Source: a virus
Lineage: Duplodnaviria; Caudoviricetes
Reading direction: 5' to 3' (one strand)
DNA length: 42,446 bases
IMG/VR virus record: IMGVR_UViG_3300037309_000033
Coordinates: 1-42,446 of that record
Shown here: piece by piece, positions 25,457 through 34,141 of the stretch
Layout: every line of letters starts with the position of its first letter
Position numbering within the stretch: position 1 is the stretch's first letter
Notes under the pieces: generated by a model
What the model saw: the letters and a program-made list of their open reading frames with translations, nothing else
What the model was told of the DNA's origin: nothing
Databases searched by the model: none
Program-made: the position numbers and the translations under genes

Positions 25457-28400
25457 ATGGCACAGACGTACCAAGACGCTCCCTCCACCGAGCGTGTCCG
25501 CGAATCTCGTCCTAAATTCTTGGCGCGGGACGATGCCTTGCGCTCGGCTTTCAGTGGCACAGCTTTCCCGACCGACCCAACCCCGGTGGACGGCCAGCGG
25601 TGCTGGCGCACTGATCTGCACCAGGAGTATGTGCGCCGCGATGGCGCCTGGGTGGCGGTCGATGATTCACCGCCGATCCTGACGATCAGCGCACTGCGCG
25701 GCATCGACGCGGCAGCAACAGCCGCTGATGGATCGCAGCGGCTGTTGCTTGATGCTGCGTTGCGCGAGGCCGTCTGGGTCACGTGGGATGCTGACAGCAG
25801 CGCCGTCCACGACAACGTCAACGTGTTCCGCCCAACCACCGGCGACGCGTCGACGGGGCTTGGGCGCTGGGTTCGTCAGTCTCCGGCCTTGGGCGTGCGC
25901 ACGTCGCGCTTCACCGCCGACGCCACCGGCCTCAATGCCGCGGCGACGGCGGCTGCGGCGCTGGGCTGTGCGCTGATTATCGACAGCGCGGTGACCATTG
26001 CCGCCGACGTCACGCTGAATGTGCCTGTGGTCGTGGACGGCGGCTCGATCACCTACGGCTCGCAGGTGCTCACGTTCAATGATCACGTCACATCGCTGGA
26101 TGCGAACCGCGCTTGGCTGACGGGCACCGGCGCGGTTTCGATGCGCGAGGGTTGGGCGGAGTGGTTCGGCGCTGTCGCTGACTGGGATGAAGCGACCGAC
26201 ACTGGAACCGACAACGCCGCGGCCCTTCAGCGCTGGGCAAACGCTTGCCGGGTCTGCTGGATCGGCCCAGGCCGTTTCGGCGTCACCTCTGCTGCGGTGG
26301 AGTTTTCCCCCACCCGTTCGCGCTCAGTGCAGGTCTATGGCGCCGGCAGCGGGACCGACCGCGCCACGCGGATCACTTGCAACGGCGCGAGTGCATTCGT
26401 GTGGTTCAAGGGCACGCAAGCTGTCGGCAACGACGAGCGGCTGGCCACTTTTGAGATTGGCGGTCTTACGGTAAGGCGCGGCACTTCTGGCCCTGATGAT
26501 GTCGTTCGCTTTGGATCCGCGAGTGCAACGCGGCTCGACGCAGTGACCAAGCGCCGTGTGTTTGATTTGCAGGTTGTTGGCGGTGTCAACCTGACGAATG
26601 CTCGTCAGATTAAGTTTGACCGATGCTTGTTTGAAAGCTTTACAGATACGCGACTTCTGCGAATTGCGGTCGAAGCGGGCGGCACGTTCTGCGGCGATCT
26701 TGAATTCTGGTCGTGCATTTTTCGCTTGCCTGACGCCACAGCTAATACGCACTTGCTGGTCGAGAACAGCGACACCTCGACAGAAGGCCAAACGGCTGCG
26801 ATTGCCGAAATCAATGGCGTCAAGTTTTACAGCTGCACGTTCTACGGCGGGGAGCGTGTCGTCGTTGTGCGCGCGAATACTGGCACGACGGCAGTGACCG
26901 GCAACACGACAAGCGGGAGCGCGACGGTCACCGGCTTATCTTCCACCACTGGAATGGCTGCGGGCCGTCCTTTCGGCGGTGCCGGCATCAATCCGCACAC
27001 TCGCATTCTTTCAGTGGACAGCGCGACGCAGATCACACTTGACGACGTGGCAACCGCCACCGCCACCGGCGCAGCTCTGGCCTTTGCGTCGAATGTCCGC
27101 ATGATTGCCGATTGGGTATTCGACGGCGGGTGTCAATTTGACGGCTTTGCTGGGCGCATTGTGGACATTATCGCCGACAATGGGGCCGAGATTGATGGCC
27201 TCACGTTTTCAGCGCCTTGGTTTAATGCGGCCAACTCCGGAGAGGCAATTCGGATTCAAGAGCTGGGCACAGTTAAGGGGCGAATCAGCAATGTCATTTT
27301 TGGACCCGAGGGGTATTACACTCGCCTCAACGGGCGCATTGCGCGCGTCGAAGGCGGCCAGAATATCCGCTTCTACGGCGGGGTGGTGGTTGATTGCGGG
27401 GGCAGCTTCAGCCTGGCAGGGACTACTACAAGCGGTTCGCCCACGGTAACTGTCGCGTCCACCGAGACGCTTTCTTCTGGCCTGGCGGTAAGCGGCACGG
27501 GCATTCCGTCTGGCGCCACCATTTCAGCCATTGCGTCATCGACCACATTCACTTTGAGCGCCAATGCCACAGCGACAGGCGCTCCGAGCCTAAACTTTGT
27601 TGCGCCTGAGGCTTTTTTCTTCAATCAGTCGCGCGGCGGTGGCGTCTCTGCGATGAGAGGTATCCAGCAAGACAAAGCCAACTATCCCGGTTACAATACC
27701 GGCGTGCGCATCGCTGGCCTGCTTAGCCGGGACTATGTCGCCACCGACAACGTCTTGGGCGTCGCAACTGCGGTAGATGATCAGGTCGACCATTCTACCC
27801 AGGTGGTGTTCGGGAACATTGTGCAGGGCGGCTTTGATCGCGATTATGGCGCCATGGGCGTCAAGCCGGGCGGATCGCTGACGACACGCAAACTGCGCGA
27901 CGCAGCTTGGCGCGGGGAAGCAAACACCTTTCTCGCCTCGCAAACTGTATCTGTCGGAAGCAGCGGCGGTTTTCTGACTCAAGCTTACGGGGCCACCCCC
28001 CTTTCCGCTCTACGGCGCTCGGCTGGCTCTGCGGCATCACCTGCGACGATTGCTCAATTCGCGGCGCTCGGAGAGCAGCGATTTGAAGGATGGGACGGGA
28101 CGGGATGGCGCATTGGCGCCATGATATCTTCGCTTTGCATTGCAGCCACGCCGAGCGACACCGATTTTGAGAGCCTGCTCGAATTTCGTGCTGTTGCAGG
28201 CGGCAGCGGAACTGCTTCCTTAGTCGCGCAGATGGGGCATAGCGGCATCACCTTTTATGGGCTTGTCAAGCCGGCGACAGACAACAATCGCAACCTGGGA
28301 GAGGCTTCGTTCCGCTGGGCCACCGTTTTCGCGGGCACGGGGACGATCAACACTTCGGACGCCACCGAGAAAACGGCGCTTCGCGCGCTAACGGATGCGG

Positions 28401-28819
28401 AGAAACGGGCAATCCGCGCGATCGTTTCAGGGGTCGGCGTCTATCGGTGGCTTTCCTCGGTGGAGGAAAAAGGCGACGCGGCGCGCGAGCATATCGGGGT
28501 GACGGCTCAAGCCGTGGAGGCGGCTTTTGCCGCCGAGGGCCTTGATGCTCGCCGCTACGGGCTGTTCTGCGTAGACCCGCTGTTTGAAACTGTCGAGGTT
28601 GAGCCGGAGCAGATTGACCTGGTCGAAACCACCAAGACCGTCATTGACCCGGACACAGGCGAGACGCATGAGGTGGTCGTAGTTGAAGAGGTTGTGACGC
28701 GTGCGGTGCTGGAGCGCCGCCCCGTCATCGATCCCAAAACCGGGAAACAGAAAATGAGGCTCGGCGTTCGCAGCGATCAGCTTTTATGGCTGGCCATTGC
28801 GGCGCTTGCGAATGCCTAA
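25457..28819 (+). CDS. Tail fibre/spike with beta-helix and C-terminal intramolecular chaperone (peptidase S74)
   Basis: WFGAVAD...DNAAALQ beta-helix cap. LGEASFRWATVFAGTGTINTSDATEK...HIGVTAQ chaperone motif. Confidence 0.88.
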   Translation: MAQTYQDAPSTERVRESRPKFLARDDALRSAFSGTAFPTDPTPVDGQRCWRTDLHQEYVRRDGAWVAVDDSPPILTISALRGIDAAATAADGSQRLLLDAALREAVWVTWDADSSAVHDNVNVFRPTTGDASTGLGRWVRQSPALGVRTSRFTADATGLNAAATAAAALGCALIIDSAVTIAADVTLNVPVVVDGGSITYGSQVLTFNDHVTSLDANRAWLTGTGAVSMREGWAEWFGAVADWDEATDTGTDNAAALQRWANACRVCWIGPGRFGVTSAAVEFSPTRSRSVQVYGAGSGTDRATRITCNGASAFVWFKGTQAVGNDERLATFEIGGLTVRRGTSGPDDVVRFGSASATRLDAVTKRRVFDLQVVGGVNLTNARQIKFDRCLFESFTDTRLLRIAVEAGGTFCGDLEFWSCIFRLPDATANTHLLVENSDTSTEGQTAAIAEINGVKFYSCTFYGGERVVVVRANTGTTAVTGNTTSGSATVTGLSSTTGMAAGRPFGGAGINPHTRILSVDSATQITLDDVATATATGAALAFASNVRMIADWVFDGGCQFDGFAGRIVDIIADNGAEIDGLTFSAPWFNAANSGEAIRIQELGTVKGRISNVIFGPEGYYTRLNGRIARVEGGQNIRFYGGVVVDCGGSFSLAGTTTSGSPTVTVASTETLSSGLAVSGTGIPSGATISAIASSTTFTLSANATATGAPSLNFVAPEAFFFNQSRGGGVSAMRGIQQDKANYPGYNTGVRIAGLLSRDYVATDNVLGVATAVDDQVDHSTQVVFGNIVQGGFDRDYGAMGVKPGGSLTTRKLRDAAWRGEANTFLASQTVSVGSSGGFLTQAYGATPLSALRRSAGSAASPATIAQFAALGEQRFEGWDGTGWRIGAMISSLCIAATPSDTDFESLLEFRAVAGGSGTASLVAQMGHSGITFYGLVKPATDNNRNLGEASFRWATVFAGTGTINTSDATEKTALRALTDAEKRAIRAIVSGVGVYRWLSSVEEKGDAAREHIGVTAQAVEAAFAAEGLDARRYGLFCVDPLFETVEVEPEQIDLVETTKTVIDPDTGETHEVVVVEEVVTRAVLERRPVIDPKTGKQKMRLGVRSDQLLWLAIAALANA

Positions 28820-28853
28820 GCCAATGCCGCCCAAACCATCACCCCGCCGTCCT

Positions 28854-28901
28854 CGCTTTCAGGGCAAAGCGGCGAAGATGATCACGCTTTCGGGGAAAGC
28901 G
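28854..28901. repeat. Two related palindromes CGCTTT-N5/6-AAAGCG where late and early operons converge
   Basis: CGCTTTCAGGGCAAAGCG at 28854-28871 and CGCTTTCGGGGAAAGCG at 28885-28901. Confidence 0.7.
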
Positions 28902-28929
28902 CCTCAATGCGCTCAGGGGTCCAGGTCAT
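28882..28929 (-). pseudogene. Truncated GcrA-like N-terminus (MTWTPERIEALSPKA*)
   Basis: ATGA-coupled to the DUF551 stop. First 11 aa resemble the GcrA start MxWTxERxExL. Confidence 0.45.
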
Positions 28930-29159
28930 GACGGGTCTCCGGGTGGGGGCGGGAGGGGCATCCAGTGGGTGGGGTTAGGGTCGCTTCCGCTGCAGCATCC
29001 GCAGCCATGGACATCAAGCCAAACGCATGCCCAATTACCGTCTAAGCCGCCTTGCCACCAGCCCTCGATCGTCACCGTGCTGCTATACTCTTTGACATAA
29101 AGCAGAACCGGCGTGCCATCCTTCGGCGCTGTTTCAATCGGCCTCCACTCGCTCATCAT
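28926..29159 (-). CDS. DUF551-family protein
   Basis: WRPIETAPKDGT...PTHWMPLPPPP. Confidence 0.88.
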   Translation of the reverse strand: MMSEWRPIETAPKDGTPVLLYVKEYSSTVTIEGWWQGGLDGNWACVWLDVHGCGCCSGSDPNPTHWMPLPPPPGDPS

Positions 29160-29226
29160 CCCTCTCCCTTTAGCTTCGCCGCGAGGGCGCGGGCGGCTTT
29201 GAAGGCATCCTTCATGGCCGCCGCGC

Positions 29227-29442
29227 TCATGGCGCGCCCGCCCTGGATCGCCACCCCTGGAACCATGAGGCCACGATCGCAGCGATAAACACGACCGTGA
29301 CCGGCTGAAGCGGAATTCCAGTCGGGCGCATCAACCATTCAGTGAGAGCAAGCGAACCAATCAGCACGAACGCCATGGAGCCCGCGCTTTCCAATGCATT
29401 GCGGAATTGCAGCGTCTTCAGCTCATGGGTTTGGCGGGTCAT
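29227..29442 (-). CDS. Small two-TM membrane protein
   Basis: ATGA-coupled to DUF4326. Two hydrophobic segments. Confidence 0.55.
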   Translation of the reverse strand: MTRQTHELKTLQFRNALESAGSMAFVLIGSLALTEWLMRPTGIPLQPVTVVFIAAIVASWFQGWRSRAGAP

Positions 29443-29816
29443 GGGGCGTCTCCATCGAGGGCGTTGGCAATCTCCAGCAACACGTCGGCGTGGCAAGGTT
29501 CGTTGAGGCGACACCAGCAGGCGAGGTGCTTGCCGCGAAGCTCGCGCTGGATCATGCGCGGGCACCAGCCGGCATTAAGGATGGTGCTAGCAAACCGCCT
29601 GACAGCCTCGTCTGTCGTTTCGCACACGCGCTCCGGCTCACGGAAATCGCGCTTATAAAACTCCCACTTGCGCGCGACCTTCAGATTAAGCGGCTCGCCA
29701 ACGCAATAGAAGTTCCCCCAGCGCGTTGTGCGGTCCACCTTCACCGTGTTTGCCGGCATCCTCCAGCCTTTGGCGCGGCTAAGCTGGACGCGGCGCGGCT
29801 CTTCTGCGCGGCTCAC
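29439..29816 (-). CDS. DUF4326-family protein
   Basis: RVQLSRAKGWRMP...VDRTTRWGN...ELRGKHLACWC...CHADVLLEIAN. Confidence 0.88.
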   Translation of the reverse strand: MSRAEEPRRVQLSRAKGWRMPANTVKVDRTTRWGNFYCVGEPLNLKVARKWEFYKRDFREPERVCETTDEAVRRFASTILNAGWCPRMIQRELRGKHLACWCRLNEPCHADVLLEIANALDGDAP

Positions 29817-29853
29817 GCGACGCCTCCCTGTACGAAAAGCTGTACGAAAGCCC

Positions 29854-29883
29854 TTGCCGTGCTCCGCCCCGCTGGGCTAGAGC
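29854..29883 (+). promoter_or_regulatory. Putative replacement promoter for the target tRNA
   Basis: TTGCCG-N18-TAGAGC about 20 nt upstream of the tRNA fragment. Confidence 0.45.
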
Positions 29884-29902
29884 CGTTGGCGCACTTGAAG
29901 GC

Positions 29903-29944
29903 GCGGGCGTAGTTCAGAGGTAGAACGTCAGCTTCCCAAGCTGG
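29903..29944 (+). tRNA. 5' half of tRNA-Gly(CCC), the att core (not a full tRNA)
   Basis: GCGGGCGTAGTTCAGAGGTAGAACGTCAGCTTCCCAAGCTG gives acceptor 5' strand, D-arm and anticodon arm with CCC. No T-arm. Confidence 0.88.
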
Positions 29945-29999
29945 CCCGAAGCCTTGGCGGCATTGGTTTTCGCTGTACGAAAACCTCCCACAATCCCCT

Positions 30000-31169
30000 T
30001 TATTCATCGGCTGCGCCTCCTTTTACTGTACGAAAACTGAGGCGCCGAATCCGGGCCTCGGTGAAGCTGGACGCCGACAGGTAGCGGCGCTCGATGCGCT
30101 TCAGCTGCGCCACCTCCCAGCCGACCATGTCGGCCACCTCCTCTCTCGAAACGCCGGCGCTGCGCATCAGCGTCACGAACGTGCCGCGGGCATCGTGGAG
30201 GTGCCGATCGACGCCGGCCGCTCGGGCGAGGTCGCCGACGATGGTACCAAGCGCGTTGGCTGTGTAGCGGCCGCCGCGGCTGGACCGGATCACCCAGGGC
30301 GACTGGACGGCCGCTGCGGGATCCGGGCGCAGCCGATCGTAGATCTCCGCCAGCTCCGGCAGGATCGGCACCACCACCGGCATCGCCGCCTTGCCGCTTG
30401 ATCGAGCGCGGCGCTCGGCCTTGCGTGGCGTGTAAACGACCGCGCCCTCTCCCTGCCTCACCTCATCCCAGCTGTGCGCGCTCAGGTCGTCGCGCCGCAT
30501 CCCGGTAAGCCGCGCGATATCAAGCACGTCGAGCGCCGCCTGCAGCTGCGCCCGCGTCGCTGCCTGCTTCGCCCCTGCAATCAATCGTGCCGCCGCAGCG
30601 CGCATCGCGGCTAGATGCTCGGGCTCCCAGATCAGGTCTGATCGGTCTGCCCGCCATAGACCCTCAATGCCCTCGGCCGGATTGGCTGGCGCTCGGCTGC
30701 GCTTGCAAGCCCAGGCCAAGGCGCGGCGCAGCACCTGCACTTGGTAGTCTGCCGCTCGCGCGCCTCGCTCCTGGGCCAGTTCCTCATGCCACTCGACGAG
30801 CTTCGCATGGGCCTGCGTCGCCGCCAGCGCCTTGACGGGCAGCCGCCCGACGTCGCCGGCGCGCAGGTAGCGCAGCGCGTATCCCCACTGCGTCTGGGTG
30901 CTGGCGGCGAGGCGCTTGAAATCCGCCGACGCCTCAAACTCCAGCAGCAAATCAGCGACCGTCGCGCCCGCCTTGGCGCCCTTGACGGCCTCAACGTAAG
31001 CCTGCGCCCGACCGCGCGCGTCGGCCTTCTCCAGCGCCAAGGCTTGCCGCTCTGTCTCCCCTCGATACGATCCGATCACCGGAGCGCCCTGGCCGCGCCA
31101 CGCTGTCCAGCGGATGTAGACGCCGCTGGACGCGCGCTTCACGGCGCGGTGGGCCCCTTTAAGATCCAC
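30000..31169 (-). CDS. int: Tyrosine integrase
   Basis: LTGMRRDD (R), TPRK (K), HLHDARGT (HxxR), GW, RRY. Start may be GTG 31169 or ATG 31220. Confidence 0.92.
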   Translation of the reverse strand: MDLKGAHRAVKRASSGVYIRWTAWRGQGAPVIGSYRGETERQALALEKADARGRAQAYVEAVKGAKAGATVADLLLEFEASADFKRLAASTQTQWGYALRYLRAGDVGRLPVKALAATQAHAKLVEWHEELAQERGARAADYQVQVLRRALAWACKRSRAPANPAEGIEGLWRADRSDLIWEPEHLAAMRAAAARLIAGAKQAATRAQLQAALDVLDIARLTGMRRDDLSAHSWDEVRQGEGAVVYTPRKAERRARSSGKAAMPVVVPILPELAEIYDRLRPDPAAAVQSPWVIRSSRGGRYTANALGTIVGDLARAAGVDRHLHDARGTFVTLMRSAGVSREEVADMVGWEVAQLKRIERRYLSASSFTEARIRRLSFRTVKGGAADE

Positions 31170-31389
31170 GGCCCGACCCTTTCTGGGTGCGGCCGGCGTT
31201 CCAGGCGTCGAGCGCGTCATCGGCGGTTTCTCCCGCCGCTGACGCTGCGGCCTCGGCCGCGCGCCCGTCAAGGAATGTCACCGATCCATCGGCGCCAAAC
31301 CGCACGCCGCCAATGCGCCCGAGCACGTTCTGCGCGGCGTCGGCAAGGCGCCGCACCTGGGCTGCGGTGGGGTAGCGACAGGCGCTCAT
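31159..31389 (-). CDS. Small protein upstream of int, possible excisionase/RDF
   Basis: Position only. Coupled to the MTase stop and overlaps the int start. Confidence 0.5.
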   Translation of the reverse strand: MSACRYPTAAQVRRLADAAQNVLGRIGGVRFGADGSVTFLDGRAAEAAASAAGETADDALDAWNAGRTQKGSGRGS

Positions 31390-32234
31390 GCTGGCGCCCC
31401 AATCGGCTGCGGCGACCACGCCTGGGCGATCCAATACGACAGAGCGAAGGGGATTTTGGCGATGCGAGCGCTGGCGGCTTTGCGGGCGGGGGATTTGCTG
31501 GACTTGGCGCACAGGTTCTGATCGAACCATTCCGCGCCCGCGCCCGCGCCCTTCCGCCCCTCTGCCACATGCCGCGCCACGCTTTCGCTCTGAAAGCTGC
31601 GGCCCGATCCGTCGAACCGGAAGCCGGGGTTTTTGCGCGCTTCACTTGCGCCACGGTTCTTGCTGTCCGCGATTGCAAACCACGAACCTGTCCCGTGCCG
31701 CGATCCATCCGGGTTGAACTTCTGCGCCTTAATCGTATGCGGCATCAGCGCCGGCACGTCGCCCCACAGGTAGTAGGAGCCGAAAGACCATTTGCCTCGC
31801 CCCACCCAGGGTTCAGCCCCACGCACGTTCTCCACGACCAGGGGGAGGTGCCGCCCCGCCGCGGCGCTCGCCTCGCGCTGGATGCGGAAGCAGGCGTCAA
31901 AAAGCGCGGTCAGCTCCGCCTTGGTGCGCGAGCCTTTGTAGCCTTCGGGAAACTCATCTTCGCCCCGCAGCGCCCGCGCAATCTGCTTCGCTCGCGTCCA
32001 CGGCATCGCCATGTAGCTAAACTCCTGACACGGCGGGCTGGCAACGATCAGCGCGGCATCCGCAAACTGCGCCCCGTCAAGCGTCAGCACGTCTTGCAGG
32101 ACCAGGCGTGCGGGGTAGCGCTCGCCGTCGTATTCGTGCGCCTCGATGTCGTAGCCCGTGACGTCATAGCCCGCCGCAAGCAGGCCTTCCGTCCAGCCGC
32201 CAAGGCCACAGAAGAGGTCAATTGCCTTGGGCAT
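31386..32234 (-). CDS. C5-cytosine DNA methyltransferase
   Basis: IDLFCGLGG, ASPPCQEFS, VVENV. Confidence 0.88.
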   Translation of the reverse strand: MPKAIDLFCGLGGWTEGLLAAGYDVTGYDIEAHEYDGERYPARLVLQDVLTLDGAQFADAALIVASPPCQEFSYMAMPWTRAKQIARALRGEDEFPEGYKGSRTKAELTALFDACFRIQREASAAAGRHLPLVVENVRGAEPWVGRGKWSFGSYYLWGDVPALMPHTIKAQKFNPDGSRHGTGSWFAIADSKNRGASEARKNPGFRFDGSGRSFQSESVARHVAEGRKGAGAGAEWFDQNLCAKSSKSPARKAASARIAKIPFALSYWIAQAWSPQPIGAPA

Positions 32235-32247
32235 GGCAAAGGGCGGC

Positions 32248-32439
32248 TCACGCAAAAACAATGGCCGCCACTGCCGCAAGCCCGACAGTCACAACCATGC
32301 CAACCGTTTGCAGCGCAAGAACATCGTCGCGCGGCGCTGCAGATGCCGGATAAAGCGACACCAAAAACGCCCAAATCACAGCAGCTAAAGCTACAACTCC
32401 GCCGCCAAATGCCACGCCCAGCCAAAAAGGATTGCTCAT
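32248..32439 (-). CDS. Small two-TM membrane protein
   Basis: MSNPFWLGVAFGGGVVALAAVIWAFLV...VVTVGLAAVAAIVFA. ATGA coupling. Confidence 0.6.
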   Translation of the reverse strand: MSNPFWLGVAFGGGVVALAAVIWAFLVSLYPASAAPRDDVLALQTVGMVVTVGLAAVAAIVFA

Positions 32440-32678
32440 GGCGCAAACCCCGTCACCAAGAAAAACAAAGCGCTTAGCGTCATCCACCAAAAACCAAAGC
32501 AACAAAGCAAAAAGGCGAGCCACCAAATGCCGCGCTCGGTGAGCCGAGGCGCCCGGTGAGCCCAGCCGGCGACCCGCCAGCTTAGGCGACGAGCCGCCAT
32601 CCGGGCGCGAATGCGAAAGGGTGGGCGGATTGGGTGGGGGCGGTCGTCGCGCAGCGACGCCAAGAAACGCGGGACCAT
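32436..32678 (-). CDS. Small membrane protein, first gene of the leftward operon
   Basis: GGGAGG RBS. C-terminal hydrophobic WWLAFLLCCFGFWWMTLSALFFLV. Confidence 0.5.
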   Translation of the reverse strand: MVPRFLASLRDDRPHPIRPPFRIRARMAARRLSWRVAGWAHRAPRLTERGIWWLAFLLCCFGFWWMTLSALFFLVTGFAP

Positions 32679-32714
32679 GAACATCCTCCCTGACCACGAA
32701 GCAGCCGATGCCTC

Positions 32715-32766
32715 ATGTATGCGGGGGGATATTTCCTACTGTCAACCTCTGGGGGGGATAAATCCT
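32715..32766 (-). promoter_or_regulatory. PL-like promoter with two putative CI operators
   Basis: Minus-strand TTGACA at 32745-32740. AGGA-N4-TCCC sites at 32726-32737 and 32755-32766. Confidence 0.6.
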
Positions 32767-32773
32767 CTGCGCC

Positions 32774-33133
32774 TCAGTTTTGGCGCCGCGGGTAGAAAGT
32801 GATCTGAAACTCGCCAGGGGCGCAGACCGCAAGGAATGAGCTTCCGTCGCTATTGGGTATCGGCATCACGAGATCGTGAGGGACTTGCTGCCCGGGATTG
32901 CCGAGGTCCGCCAGGCGTCGCGCGCAAGTCTCCCGCGTCATGCGAGCGCGATACATCCGATCTGGATCGCCCATGGCCAACTGCATCAGGTAAGCGACAT
33001 CCGAGGATGATGTCGCCTCGATACGCGCTTCTGCTACCGGATCTGGTTTGTGTGTTAAACACGACACCAACGGCAGTCCGATGATGGCGGCGAACAAGCT
33101 CCACAGCATCAGACGTTGCCAAAGCGGCGGCAT
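32774..33133 (-). CDS. Putative lipoprotein downstream of cI
   Basis: Hydrophobic signal ending LVSC (lipobox-like). Start may extend to 33178. Confidence 0.55.
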   Translation of the reverse strand: MPPLWQRLMLWSLFAAIIGLPLVSCLTHKPDPVAEARIEATSSSDVAYLMQLAMGDPDRMYRARMTRETCARRLADLGNPGQQVPHDLVMPIPNSDGSSFLAVCAPGEFQITFYPRRQN

Positions 33134-33156
33134 GGGCGGCTCGACTGGAGGTGTGG

Positions 33157-33813
33157 TCACATACGCCTCCCGAACCAAGCGACGCGGCCAATGATTTGCA
33201 CGGCCTCAAGCGGAGCCGTGTAGCTCGGGTAGCTCGGGTTCTCTGACATAATCCGCAGCGTCTCCCGATCTGGTAAAAGCTCAACCCGCTTGCACACCGT
33301 CACATCGCCATCAAACAAGGCATAGATCGCGCTGGGCGACAACGCTTTGCGCCGCCGATCCAGCAAACACAGGTCGCCGTTCATGAGGCGCGGCGCCATG
33401 CTGTCGCCGACCACCTCGACCAAGACCGCCCAAGCGGGCGATACGTTCAAGTCAGCCATGAAAGCGGCCGGCATGCTCCATCGCCGCTTGACCGCCGCCT
33501 CATCGACAACGGCCCCGCCGCCGGCCGACACGCGTAAATCGAGTTCCGGAACGGACACAAGATTGTGATCGGGCTCTCCGCGCGCCGATCGCCCCGTCAC
33601 GAGCCACTCCAGGTCAACCTCAAGCGCGGTCGCAAGCTGGAGCATTTGCTGCACGCCGGGGCTTTTGGACCGGCCCCCGGCCACGTCCTTCAGGTAGCTA
33701 AGGCCAAGGCCCGCTTCCTCCGCCACCCTCTCGATGGATGTGCCCATTTCTTTGGCTCTTGCGCGGGCGCGCTGAACCAAAGCCTTCGCATCAATAGGGG
33801 GTGTGTCTGCCAT
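33157..33813 (-). CDS. cI: CI-like repressor (HTH plus S24 peptidase)
   Basis: HTH, SAGGG cleavage region, VGDSMAP catalytic Ser, CKRV catalytic Lys. Confidence 0.93.
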   Translation of the reverse strand: MADTPPIDAKALVQRARARAKEMGTSIERVAEEAGLGLSYLKDVAGGRSKSPGVQQMLQLATALEVDLEWLVTGRSARGEPDHNLVSVPELDLRVSAGGGAVVDEAAVKRRWSMPAAFMADLNVSPAWAVLVEVVGDSMAPRLMNGDLCLLDRRRKALSPSAIYALFDGDVTVCKRVELLPDRETLRIMSENPSYPSYTAPLEAVQIIGRVAWFGRRM

Positions 33814-33865
33814 GAGCATGGCTGTAGGACTCCGACCCCCCGCCGGTCGATACCCATAAATCGAC

Positions 33866-33901
33866 TTGACGACGGTAGGAAATCTCCTCTCTCTTAGGGA
33901 T
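33866..33901 (+). promoter_or_regulatory. PR-like promoter with operator
   Basis: TTGACG at 33866. Palindrome AGGA-AATC-TCCT at 33877-33888. Confidence 0.6.
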
Positions 33902-34141
33902 ATGTCAACCCTACCCGACCTGCTCCGCCGCGCGAAACGCGTTGCAAAGCGACGCAACTGGAGCACCAGCACGGTCTCTAAGCGCCTTTTCAACGACCAC
34001 CGCCGCCTGGACGCTGTCGCGTCGGGTCGGAGCTTCCTGCGACCGCCGACCCTCGCAAAGGCGTTTGCGGTGCTGCAGCAGCTTGAGGGTGAAACGCAAG
34101 AAGGCGGCTCGCGGCGTCGCCCAGGAAAGGCGGCGCAGTGA
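33902..34141 (+). CDS. Cro-like protein
   Basis: Divergent from cI. Basic HTH-like WSTSTVSKRLFNDHRRL. Confidence 0.75.
   Translation: MSTLPDLLRRAKRVAKRRNWSTSTVSKRLFNDHRRLDAVASGRSFLRPPTLAKAFAVLQQLEGETQEGGSRRRPGKAAQ

Larger units (their letters stand above)
29828..30035. mobile_element. attP with four arm-type direct repeats CTGTACGAAA
   Basis: Repeats at 29828, 29840, 29973 and 30026 flank a tRNA fragment at the integrase 3' end. Confidence 0.85.

Noticed and set aside
29903-29975. Complete phage tRNA gene
   Set aside because: No T-arm (GTTCGA) and no full 3' acceptor strand or CCA.
29813-30007. 64-aa minus-strand ORF
   Set aside because: It spans attP and is largely the antisense of the tRNA fragment and arm repeats.
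30741-32477. 578-aa plus-strand ORF
   Set aside because: Antisense to int and the C5 MTase, Arg-rich, with no motifs.
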